DNA from: Eledone cirrhosa
Taxonomy: Eukaryota
Assembly: GCA_964016885.1 (NCBI GenBank)
Contig: OZ024757.1
Location: forward strand, 26,784,001-26,848,000
Direction: 5' to 3'
DNA: 64,000 nucleotides
Part shown: in pieces, positions 41,545 to 53,839 of the stretch
Numbering within the stretch: the stretch's first letter is position 1
Layout of the letters: each line of letters starts with the position of its first letter
Position numbers and translations under genes: made by a program
The notes under the pieces: model-generated
Databases searched by the model: none
What the model was told of the DNA's origin: nothing
Seen by the model: the letters and a program-made list of their open reading frames with translations, nothing else

Positions 41545-41682
41545 GAGAAACACTGAAGGCAAAGCTTGTCGGATAGTCTTTGATTAGTAGTTGAAGTAGG
41601 GTGCCCTTACCAGCCCCCGACGGTCCACTAATGACAATAGTTTTTATATTGTTCATCTTCAGTGCTGTACTGGAGAAAGATG
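41545..41682 (-). CDS. GUK1: Guanylate kinase exon with P-loop (core ATG at 41656; 41682-41657 is coding only in the long isoform)
   Basis: Polypyrimidine-CACAG| acceptor and C|GTGAGT donor. Encodes MNNIKTIVISGPSGAGKGTLLQLL...FAFSVS. Confidence 0.95.
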
Positions 41683-41869
41683 CTGTGAGAAAGAAAGAAA
41701 AAGAAGCATTAAATAGCAATCTTACAAGTGAAATAAAAGTTGTTATTGTTATGGTTCACTCCTGGGTACATTTTGTGAACCTCATACAATATATTATCAT
41801 ATATACAGAAGACCCGACTTTCCAAGGGTACAAGCTGAAGCTGAAGCATATAGACAATATGCTCCCACC

Positions 41870-42135
41870 CCCTCCCACTTTAAAGTGGTTGGGGAGGTGT
41901 CATGACAAAAAAGCACCCAGCCCACACTGTAAAGTGGTCGTGTAGGCGCCACGGTAAAGAAGCACCCAATACTCACTGTAAATGAGGTTGGTGTTAGGAA
42001 GGGCATCCAACTGTAGAAATCAAGCCAGAATCAGTTCCTGTATGAGCAAGACATGGTCACCAGACCTGGTGTTGCCCACAACAGGACAACCCGTCTAACC
42101 CATGCTAGTGTGGAAGAATGGATGTAAAATGATGA
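41870..42135 (+). mobile_element. Third SINE-like family (GGTTGGTGTTAGGAAGGGCATCC...AACCCATGCTAG...GATGAT tail)
   Basis: More than 12 copies, e.g. about 6570-6840, 16140-16330, 16460-16650, 22140-22340, 28640-28800, 37360-37540, 39805-39965, 40270-40455, 43850-44075, 61500-61700, 62110-62340 and 62365-62545 (-). Confidence 0.75.
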
Positions 42136-42942
42136 TATATATATATGTATATATATAATAAGGAGTTGACGGGCCCAGCATATTTATCAATGCCACGACC
42201 GGTTGTATTTCAGCATACCAACTCCGGTTGTATCTCAGCGTATATATATATAAGCCCCCAATTTAATAAACTAATAAGGGTGAATCTGTTAACATTGAAA
42301 GTTAAATCAGGGCTAACATACAGGTCATTTTTACTGTTTTTGATTTAACCCTTTAGCATGTAACCTGGGTGTATACAGCAAGAATTCTCTCACTTTTTTC
42401 TGTTCAAACCGGCTGTAACTGGCCACCCATACTGTTGTTAAGGTATTGTTCTCAAAATAAATATCAAAATCTCATAGATTCGCTATTATGTGAGATCATT
42501 ATGTGAAGCCTTTACCACAAAAATATAACAGTAAATATAATAGTATAAATAGTGTAATGTAAATGCTAAAGGGTTAAAAAAGGAAAAGCTTATATCTATA
42601 TACTAATAAAACCCTGTAATTGTGTGCTTGTCTGTAATTTAATACAGCCAAAATGGCGCATAATGGGAAAATACTTTGAAAGGAAGTTGCTCCTGAAATG
42701 GGAATACAAATGGAATAAAACAAGTTTTGCGTAAATTGGAGCACAGTTCCCGAGATGCAAGGTTTTTCCGGGTACCTTTATAGAGAAAGAACGAGACAGT
42801 GTTTGTGAGAGAGTAGATTGAAAGAGAGAGAGAGCTGATGGTGTTGAATGAAATTATAACACAATATATATATAGTGGAAGGTAATATCCATAGTGGTAG
42901 AGCACTCAGTCCATGGGAAGTGGCTACACAACAGTTAGTTCA

Positions 42943-42992
42943 CCATACCGAGAACAATTGTTTCACCTTAGCGGATCCTCAGCTCGTAATGG
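42943..42992 (-). ncRNA. Minimal type I hammerhead motif, identical to the copy at 5329-5377
   Basis: Exact reverse complement of the 5329-5377 motif, inside a (TA)n-flanked element (about 42875-43056) with inverted repeats. Confidence 0.65.
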
Positions 42993-43052
42993 ACATGGTT
43001 ATACGGAACGGGAATCCCGTTCCGTATAACCAACTAACTGTTGTGTAACCAC

Positions 43053-43100
<48 letters not shown>

Positions 43101-43764
43101 GCCTTCCAATATCATTTTACATTATATACATGTCTGTGTATATTTTAATCATTTACAAATTACTTTTAAGTGAACATGATCTTAAACAAAATGTTTATAA
43201 ATGAACGTGACCCAATGGGTTACGGGTGGTCTAGTATAATATGATATAATATAAACAAATGCACAATAAAAAAACTATTCAAATACAACAAGGAATATGC
43301 AATTTTTACTTCTCTTTTGATGTGTAGTTGAAGAGTGTTTTGATAAGACCGTGGTAGTAGTACAGTATTGTAATATTATACAGTATTGTATTTATATCCC
43401 AAATCCTTTAATTTGGAGATCGATTAAACTAAGTGCTTAGTGCAGAGTGTGTATATATATAGTTGAAAATGAACAAACAAAACATAGGAGGCAAATGTAT
43501 GCAGTTATATTAGATCACATATGTCTGCTACAATAAACTGTATTATTATTTGATCCTCTAAATCCCATATCCTTTATATTGGAGATCCATTAAACCTAAG
43601 GTTTACTGTATAGCACACACACACACATATATATATATACTGTAGTAAAAGTTTGGAAGAAATATCCAAGGGTGAGAGCACTCAGTCCAGGGGATGAAAA
43701 ACAGGCTGAATGAGTTGGAGGTCAGAACCCAATGAAACTCAAATACCTGTATATGTCATTGTTG

Positions 43765-43806
<42 letters not shown>

Positions 43807-45299
43807 ACATCCAGTCCTAAATAAATGAGGTTGTGTAGGTGTCACAACAAAAAAAACACAGCCCACGCTGTAATGTGGCCGTGTAGGTAACACGGTAAAA
43901 ATCTCCCAGTCCACACTGTAAACGTGGTTGGTGTTAGGAAGGGCATCCAGCCGTAGAAAACCTGTCAGGCAGTCCCATACGAGCGAGACGACCAATCTTG
44001 CCTCAAGTGGAACAATTCCCGTCTAAACCCATGCTAGTGTGGAAGATAGACGTTAAACGATGATGATGATGACGAGTGAGACGCGGTCTCCCAACCATTC
44101 CTACATCAAATGGAACAAAAGTGTCTAAACCATGCTAGCATCGAAGATGATGATGATATGAAATGCAAATTTAAATAATTTTGAAAACCAAACAATGCAT
44201 TAGGAAGAACATTAAATTGCCAAGAAAGCAAAAGAATCTTACCTTAGCAAATTTAATGATATATATATATAGCAAATTTAAAGATATATATATATTCCTT
44301 CCATATACTGTACCGATTGTGTTATTTCTTTTTACCTTTTACATACATACATATATATATAGTTGAAAATGAATGAACAAAACACAGGAGACAATTGTAC
44401 ACAGTTATATTAGGCTCACGCTCGGTGGAAGTGGAGGAAGTCTCAACGTTTCAATAATAATAGTAAAAGAAAACTGGGAGAAACTCTTCCAACACAAGAT
44501 GATAATCTTCTTTAAAGAGGATGAAGCTAGCGTATAGCTGTGAGGACAGAAGTGAGATTTTGTCTGAAGAAAACCGAACAATAGCAGAGATCATGGTTGC
44601 TAAGTCTTAAAGAAATAACAACAGCAACGCCCTCAATATATAACAACAGCATCAACTGTATGTTTCCTTTCCATACATGTCTAAGTAGTTCAGTGGCCAA
44701 ACATTGTCTTCAAATCCACCATCACATATCCTGATATATTACCCCACATTAATAAAGGTATATATGTGTGTGTGTGTGTGTGTGTCTGTGTAAATATGTG
44801 TATACATATATGAATGTCTATATATATATATGCATATATATATGTATGCATATATGAATGTATGCACATATATATGATTTATTGCAACCATACAACTATA
44901 TATATATATGCATATGTGAATGTATATATACACACACACGTATTTATGTATATAAACATATATGAATGTATGCATATATATATATATATATATATATTTT
45001 ATTGCAACCATACAACTATATATATATATATATGCATATGTGAATGTATATACACACACACACACATGTATTTATGTATATAAACATATATGAATGGATG
45101 GAGATATATATATATATGTATATAGGAGTGTCTTTTGTACATATACACATGTATAAGACATAAAATTTCAATAGAAGAAGAAGAAGAAGAAGAAGAAGAA
45201 GAAGAAGAAGAGCAGTATATACCAGATTGATGGAAACAAGAGAGACTAAATTTCTATGGAGATAATTATTAAATGAAGAGATTAAAATAGATGAAGAAT

Positions 45300-46705
45300 A
45301 TTGATGATAATGGGTCTATATGTGATGTAGATGGAGATGTTGATAATAGTGGTGGTGGCAGTGATGATGATGATGGTAGTGGTAATAGTGATGATGATGA
45401 TGGTAGTGGTAATGGTGATGATGATGATGGTAGTGGTAATGGTGGTGATGGTAACAGTGGTGATAATGATGGGTCGATATATGATGTAGATGGAGATGAT
45501 AGTAGTGGTGGTGGTGATGGTTGTGAGGGTGGTGGTAGTGGTGATGGTTGTGAGGGTGGTGCAGTGGTGATGATGATGGTAAAGGTAATGAGGCTGGTAG
45601 TGGTGGTGATGGTTGTGAGGGTGGTGGTAGTGGTGATGGTAATGGTGGTGATGGTAGTGGTGATAGTAATGGTTGTGAGGGTGGTGGTAGTAGTGATGGT
45701 AATGGTTGTGAGGGTGGTGGTAGTGGTGATGGTAATGGTTGTGAGGGTGGTGTAGTGGTGGTGGTAATGGTTGTGGGGGTGGTGTAGTGGTGATAGTAAT
45801 GGTGGTGGTGGTAATGGTTGTGAGGGTGGTGTAGTGCTGATAGTAATGGTGGTGGTGGTAATGGTTGTGAGGGTGGTGTAGTGGTGATGGTAATGGTTGT
45901 GAGGGTGGTGGTAGTGGTGATGGTAATGGTTGTGAGGGTGGTGGTAGTGGTGATGGTAATGGTTGTGAGGGTGGTGGTAGTGGTGGTGGTAATGGTTGTG
46001 AGGGTGGTGTAGTGGTGATGGTAAAGGTAATGAGGCTGGTAGTGGTGGTGATGGTAATGGTGGTGGTGGTGATGGTAATGGTGGTGATGACAATGGGTCT
46101 ATATATGATGTATATGGAGATGTTGGCAGTGGTGGTAATGGTCATGGTGATGGTAGTGGTGATTGTGATGGTAGTGATAACAGTGATGATGATGATGATG
46201 GTAAAGGTAATGAGAGCAGTGGTGGTGGTGATGGTAACTGTGGTGTTGATAATGCTAATGGTGATGATGATGGGGGTACTAGCAGTGAAGTGGTAGTAAC
46301 AGTGATGATTGTGATGGTAGTAATAATAGTGATGATGATGATAGTAAAGATAATGAGGTTGATGGTGGGGATGGCAATGGTGATGATGATGATGATGGGG
46401 GGAAAAGGTAATGAGGCTAATGGTGGGGGTGGTTGTGGTGGTAATGGTCATGGTGGTAGTAGTAACAGTGGTGATGATGATGGGGGTAAGGGCAATGGCA
46501 TTGGTGGTAGCAGTGTTGATTGTGATGGTAGTGATGATGCTAGAGGTAATGAGGGTGATGGTGGTGGTGGTGGTGGTAGTAATGAGAGTGGTAGTGGCAA
46601 TGAGGCTGATGGTGGTAATCGTATTGATGATGGTAATGAAGGTGGTGGTGGTGGTGGTGGTGATTGTATCATTGATGATGATGGTGGTGGTAATGATGCT
46701 GATGA
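45300..46705. repeat. GGT/GAT trinucleotide low-complexity array with a 27-30-bp sub-repeat
   Basis: GGTAATGGTTGTGAGGGTGGTG recurs. This array is the source of the spurious Thr/Ile/His/Pro-rich ORFs. Confidence 0.9.
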
Positions 46706-47039
46706 CAGCAGTATAACAACAACAACAACAACAACAACCAAAAGCCAGCATGGAAAAACAATTCATTGTTTGGGAAATAAATTACAAAAAAAAAAAAAAA
46801 AAGCCTTCCTTAATAAATGTAGTGAATGTAATTATCAGCTAATTAGTGTTAATAATGAATGAGGTAAATGTAAATATGTCACAAAGGAATGGATTTATAG
46901 AAAGAAAATAAGGAAGACAATGGTAATAGGTTTAACCCTTTTGTTACCAACCTGGCCAAAACCAACTCTGGTTCTATGAAATAAAGCCACCCATTTTAAC
47001 CCTTTATCATTTATATTACTCTAAATATACTATTGTAAT

Positions 47040-47530
47040 TCTTCTTCTTCTCCGCCCACTTATTCCTGAGAGGGTCGTGGGGGCAGAGTCCTCAAACGCT
47101 CCCCCCAACAGGTCCTGTCAGAAGTAACCATCTCCAACTGATCCAGCTGGATCCCTAAGTGAGACCAGCGAAGCTCATGGATGTTATCCAACCATCTTAC
47201 TCGGGGCTCTACCCCTGGGTCACCTGCCAGTTGGTTTTGCCCATAAAATCTGTCCAGTGATTCTTTCCTGAGATATTTTAACCACATGTCCATAGTATCA
47301 GAGCTGTGATCTCTCAATTCGGAGAAGTAACAGCTCTACCTGGAGTGACCTCTCTTCTTGCACTTAATTCAGCCTCCTGCCTTCCATCACTCGTGAACAC
47401 GGCTCCAAGATACTTGAACTTCTCTACCTGCTTCAGTTGAACTTCATTCACATGTAGAGTGCACTGCGCAGGCTTCCTTGAGAGGACGAATGTCTCAGTT
47501 TTCATAGCACTGATTTTCATCCAGCTCTGC
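47040..47530 (-). mobile_element. RTE-clade LINE 3' fragment
   Basis: Encodes MKIS..KTE..LKQVEKFKYLG..FTSDG and PRVRWLDNIHEL, with a (GAA)n tail. Related fragments at about 320-490, 2140-2612 (two tandem), 20340-20600, 35940-36265 and 58350-58500. Confidence 0.75.
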
Positions 47531-50500
47531 TGAGAATAAATTAAAATCTTCAACAAGAATCTTACATTAAGTTACTATCTTAGTAATAAAATAATTAATT
47601 ATTTTAGTAAATCCCTCAAAATTCTTCATTAATATATTGAAATAGAGTGTATTTCATTAGAAATGAGGACATGAAAAGGGTTAAAGCAAAGGTTTCCTGG
47701 GTTCTGAGAGAGAATCTTGGAGATTGGTGCTGAGCTTCTGTTTCATATATGCAAGGAACCCATATGAAGTAGATTAGTGTTAAATCTCTCTCTGGATAGG
47801 ACACCAGTCATCACAGGTAACATTCCTCAAATGATCAGGTAATACTTATTCTATATATTCTCTCTTTCTCTCTATATATATATGTATATACATATATCAA
47901 TCATCATCATCATTTAACGTCTGTTTTCCCTGCTAGCAAGGGTTGGAAGAGTCTACATAAACCAAGTCAGCACTGAAGCGAGGCTACTGATGTCTCAGAC
48001 AGACCAAGGGGTATGTATCCCGCTTACATGTGGTCTTATTTAGTACAGAGAAGTTGCCATTTCTTTTGACACAAACTGGGCTATAGACTGGTGTTGTTGT
48101 TTATACAGTGTTCCTTTATATCCGGTAACTTAGCAGTTCTACAAACAGAGATGAATAAAATAAGTAGACGTATGGAAAATAAAAAAAAACATGGAATGTC
48201 TGGCCAAACACCTTTGATCAATTATAGGATTGTCCGATCATGGCATGCCTAGGGCTAAACAATAACAACAACCAATATTAAAAGGCTCTAGAGCTACTAG
48301 AAATAACAGCCAAAAATCTCTCTTGAGTCACACAAAAATCAAAACAAAACAAAAAAAATGACACAGAATAATGCAGTTGTGGGTTCCGTGATGGTCACGG
48401 ATAGAATGCCTTTAATTATATGATGCTGCAAGATCAGAGCCGACCAAGGGTTAAACAACAATAACACCAAACTATCCACGTACATTAGCCCTGCTCGTTC
48501 AAAGCTGGCTTCGTGTTACATGGCGCCTCTATGTGGTCAGTAGACCTGCAAGAAATAGCAGCTATCTTCCTCAAATGACACCGATTAAGTAAAAACAAAA
48601 CAACAACTTTATAAAGAAAGGGGATACAATGAATAATATAGATGGGATGGTCATGGCTAGCAGGCCTTTGATCATAGGTCTGTTGGATGTGATGACCTGG
48701 GGTTAAACCAGACAGCGTTTATGTAGTCACACAACATGCTAGAAATAGTAGCAAAATTTCTATCAAATTACACATTGTCTTCAAAAAAGAAAGGTGCGGG
48801 ACACATTACATAACGTAATCCTTGATACACATATGTTAATGTAGTCCAAGGTACATTATGCTGTGTTCGATCAACGCTACAAATAGTATTGAGCGAATGT
48901 GTTTATAAACACACATATATATATGACTTTTACATGACTAAAACTGTATGAAATCATCAGGATCACCTCCCGATACCCATTTGGAATCCATCCATATATA
49001 TATATATACAGGGTGTTCCCCAAAATGTATACACTTCAACAGTATTCAAATCAAAGTGTGCATACATTTTTTAGGATGTATGTATGTATGTATGTATGTA
49101 TGTATGTATATATTCGTTATTATCGCCAAGAAATTTTGCTACTATTTCTAGCACGTTGTGTGACTACATAAACGCTGTCTGGTTTAACCCCCAGGTCATC
49201 ACATCCAACAGACCTATGATCAAAGGCCTGCTAGCCATGACCATCCCATCTATATTATCCATTGTATCCTCTTTCTTTGTAAAGTTGTTGTTTTTTTTGT
49301 TTTTACTTGTTATTTGGGAGTTTACCTGTGGACTCCATGGATCACCAGACGACGTATACGGATATATATATATATATATAAATGAAAAGTATAGAAATTA
49401 TTGTAGCAAGAAGCCAACAGTATTCCGGTGCACCCAAAAATGTATACACACTTCAACATCATTCTAATCAAAGTATGTATACATTTTTTGGGACACCTTG
49501 TATGTAAATCTATCTATATATTTGTGCGTACGTGTATGTATATACAAATAAAAACAAAGGAACGAACGTACATGTGTATATATATATATATATATATAAA
49601 CTATAATAAAGTATACATAATGTGTGTGTATGTATATACAAAAAAAAAAAAAAATAAAAATAAAGGAACAAACGTATGTTTGTTTATATACACACACATA
49701 TTTTAATAAATATATATATATATATATAATATATATTATACACATATGTTAATATATGAAGGTATTTATAATATATATATATATATATATATAAACAAAT
49801 AAGATGTATATAATTATAATTGTTTCTACATTTGGCACAAGACCAGAAATTATCCCAGTGTATTACTGGTACTTCATTAATAAGATGTATATAAGTATAA
49901 TAGGTGTTGTTTTTAAAAATAAGGTGTGCAAAGGGAGAGAAGATGGAGGTCTCTTACCTCTCAGACCGACTGTGTGACTGTCAAGAGGTGTTGAGAAGGT
50001 GAACCGTTAAAGACAGCGTACTTATGAAGGTATTTAAAATTAAAAGGTACACGCAAAATCTATGTATATGAATATGGGTGTGTATATATATTTTCCTATA
50101 GAATATGTATTTGGTATATATAGAATATACCGTGTTTCTTTTACGATACAATCAGGATCACTTTCTCCCCCCCCCCTCTCTCTCTCTCTCTATATATATA
50201 ATAATAATAATGAAATTATTGTGTACAGTGCTCAGGTGCACTACAACTCATCAAAGGCGCATGTATAGTACATAGAATAATGTACAAATGTCAGGAAAAT
50301 GAACAGTGTATGAGTCATGATACAATAACAATAATGAAATATTGTGTACAGTGCCCAGGTGCACCACAACATATATATACATATATATATATATATATAG
50401 TGTATTAGAGTTCATTACTCACCAGAGTACTCGATACTTGGGGTAGTAAATTTGGACACCTTACGGCTGCACCTGCCGTTTCAATGGATCTATCTGTTGA

Positions 50501-50538
50501 AACAGCAGGTGCTCAGCCGTCGGGGTCCCGGATTTTTC

Positions 50539-50582
<44 letters not shown>

Positions 50583-50712
50583 TTATTTATATATACATAT
50601 GCATAGGAAGCGACTAAGCTGAAAGTTCGAAGTCACTGAGTGCTATCAAATTCATTAATTCAATATTTTAAACATTACAGTATTTTAGACAGACACACTA
50701 CCCCCTCCCTCT

Positions 50713-50751
<39 letters not shown>

Positions 50752-50788
50752 ATATATAAGATCAAAAGATGGTTAAATGAGTTCCATG

Positions 50789-50859
50789 TATTTTATTATG
50801 CGCATTTCAAAAACAAATATCATCATGCAATAACATTTGTGTTTTCGTCAGATAAAATA
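50789..50859 (-). ncRNA. Type I hammerhead ribozyme motif (inverted twin)
   Basis: Reverse complement of 50962-51032 with core CTGACGA (variable N7 position) and one A-U to G-U change in stem II. Confidence 0.85.
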
Positions 50860-50961
50860 GGAGGACATGATATGAAGGTTAAAAACACTTGTGGATAGTG
50901 CAGTTTTAAATCAACATATGCACTATCCACAAGTGTTTTTAACCTTCATATCATGTCCTCC

Positions 50962-51032
50962 TATTTTATCTGATGAAAACACAAATATTATTGCATGATG
51001 ATATTTGTTTTTGAAATGCGCATAATAAAATA
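50962..51032 (+). ncRNA. Type I hammerhead ribozyme motif
   Basis: Stem I TATTTTAT/ATAAAATA (8 bp), core CTGATGA at 50970-50976, about 15-bp stem II, GAAA at 51013-51016, palindromic TGCGCA stem III. Predicted AUA cleavage after 51024. Confidence 0.85.
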
Positions 51033-51156
51033 CATGGAACTCATTTAACCATCTTTTGATCTTATATATTATGTATACTCCAGTCCTACAAATTGTAGAG
51101 TGCTTCTTATCCGATACCTGCATTGCTTTATTGTACTACAATAAAAGTCACCTCCT

Positions 51157-51207
<51 letters not shown>

Positions 51208-51808
51208 GGGTGCGGGCGATATTTGTTCGCAACTTTGCAATGTCCCGAAAATGTACACACACTTGGATTACCTGTATAGGGAATATATATTAGAATTCTG
51301 TTGAAGTGTGAATACGTTTTTAGGACACCCTGTATGTATATATATAACAGATTAAACTTTAAGCAAAGAATCACTGCTTTCACCCTTAACGGGATCTTCA
51401 GAAGAGTGAAAGCAGCGATTCTTTGCTTAAACTTTAATCTGTTATTTTAATAAATATTTGCTCTATGGTTCTTATATATTTGATATATATTTATCCTTAT
51501 CGAGCCCTCTTTGGATTTTAGTCTTCACATTTATTATTATTACTATATATATATATATATATATGGTTAAAAAAGTTCCATATATATAATATATGGAACT
51601 TTTTTAACCATCTTTTAATTTCTTCTTTAATATATACTCCAGTTCTACCAACTGTTGAGTGCTACTTATCTGATATATGCATAGTTTTATTGTTCTACAA
51701 TATTACTCACCTTCTACATTATATATATGAGTATATATATATATATATATGAGTGTGTGTATATATATATATATATATATATGAGTATATATATATATAT
51801 ATATATGA

Positions 51809-51858
<50 letters not shown>

Positions 51859-52446
51859 GTATAATGTCATTATGTTTATGTATATATATATACACACACA
51901 TACACACCATGGCTATTTTATGACTGTAACTAATCCATGTAGTTTACATGTGTGAACGAATACAAGTTATGCATGGACATGTATAAAATCTGTTAATGTC
52001 GCTCGTGTTAAAAAACTAAGATATTCTATATTTTCTAGAACGACTATTCTCAGGCCGGATTTACCATTGTGCTTAAGTGTACTTAAACACAGGGCCCCAT
52101 TGGCCAGGGGGGCCCATCTTCCTGCCCCCAAATTATTTTTACCTCCTTCAGGGCCCAAGTAAGGGGCCTCATAACTTAACTAGCATAAGGCCTCATTTGT
52201 CCTAAATCCAACACTGACTCCCGAACCTCCGATCAGTTCCAGCAACAGGACAGCCTGCTCGTGAAATTAACGTGCAAGTGGCTGAGCATTCCACAGACAC
52301 ATGTACCCTTAACGTGATAATTCTCAGAGAGATTAAACATGACATAGTGTGTGATAAGCGATAGCCCTTTGAATTACAGGTATAGTTGATCTGACGGGTT
52401 TCCAGCGGATAGTCGAGACGTATCAACCCGAAGAAGCTATGGTAAG

Positions 52447-52614
52447 CAGTGCTGGATTTACCACTGTACTTAGATGCGCTTAAGCACAGGGCCTCGTTGA
52501 CCAGGGCAGGGGTGCTCTTCCTGCCCCTCAAAATGTTTTACCCCCTTCAGGGCCCAAGTAAGGGGCTTCATAACTTAACTAGCACAGGGATCATTTGTCA
52601 AAAATCCGGCACTG
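52447..52614. mobile_element. hAT-type MITE
   Basis: TIR CAGTGCTGGATTT/AAATCCGGCACTG and an 8-bp TSD ATGGTAAG/ATGGTAAA. A sister copy lies at 52051-52216. Confidence 0.75.
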
Positions 52615-52973
52615 ATGGTAAATGATATTTGTCCAAGATGTCTTATGATTGCAAAACGATCTTCTTAACCACTCGGCCATTACGTACAATGATGTATGTG
52701 TACAATTCAGACACATTTTCAAATACATACATACGTACACACACAAATACAAAAGACCGACACCCCCCACAAAAACAAACAAACAAACAAACAAACATAA
52801 ACAATGCCCCTACGAGGTCAACAGACTTGATATAACAACTATCTTTGCCATAAACTACATCTGACTGTCATAAACTTCAGATTATATTAGATAATAAAAT
52901 ACACTATGTCTATAAACAACAATAAACAAAGACTGGCTGATCGACGCTGGAATGTCTGTAATCATATGCCAGA

Positions 52974-53400
52974 AGGCGCATGTCTTAGTGGTTAGAGCAT
53001 TGGGCTTGCAATCGGAAGGTTGTGAGCTCGATTCTCGGACCAGGTGATGCGTTGTGCCATTGAACAAGACACTTTATTTCACGTTGCTCCAGTTTACTTA
53101 GCTGTAAAAATGAGTTGCGACGTCACTGGTGTCAAGCTGCATCGGTCATTGCCTTTCCTTTGGACATCATCATATATAGTGTATATATAATGTATAAATG
53201 AGTTGTGACATCACTGGTGCCAAGCTGTATTGGCTATAGCCTTTCCCTTGGACAACATCGGTGGCGTGGAGAGGGGAGACTGGTATGAATGGGCGACTGT
53301 TGATCTTCCACAAATAACCTTGCCCGGACCTCGGAAGGAAACTTTCTCGGTGCAAATTCCATGGTCATTCGTGACCGAAGGTTGTCTTTACCTAATCATA
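52974..53400 (+). mobile_element. tRNA-derived SINE with CORE-like domain
   Basis: A-box-like TAGTGGTTAGAGC and B-box-like GAGCTCGATTC, followed by TTGA(A/G)CAAGACACTT...GCTCCAGT. Other copies at about 33001-33280 and 39640-39790; reverse-strand remnants at about 20150-20275 and 20600-20685. Confidence 0.75.
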
Positions 53401-53839
53401 TGCCTGCTTTATCGGAATAAAATGTCATTGTGTATTTGTTCTGGCTCTTTACATTCTGAGTTCAAATCCCGTCGAGGTCAACCTTACCAGTTAAGTACTG
53501 GGGTTGATCAATAATTATATTTTTCTCCCCAAACTTCCAAAACACACATCTATTTGTATATATGCTACAATTTATGTACATGTTATATTTATCGGATATC
53601 GAAGTTTTTTTTATATATTGGTTGAGGTTGAGGTTGATATTTGATAACAGCTAAACTAATCACAACGAAAATGACCAAATATGCACCCCCCCCCCCCAAA
53701 AAAAATGTCTGGCCTTGTGCCTAAATTAGACATCAATATTACAGGCCAGCCAATGTATACACGCTTCAACAGCATTCTAATCAAAGCGTGTATGCATTTT
53801 TTTGGAACAGCCTGTGTATATATGTGTGTGTGTAGCAAA

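Noticed and set aside
45269-46862. Long ORFs of 494, 274 and 190 aa rich in Thr/Ile/His/Pro/Gly
   Set aside because: They are translations of a GGT/GAT trinucleotide array, open in several frames on both strands, with no domain or splice context.
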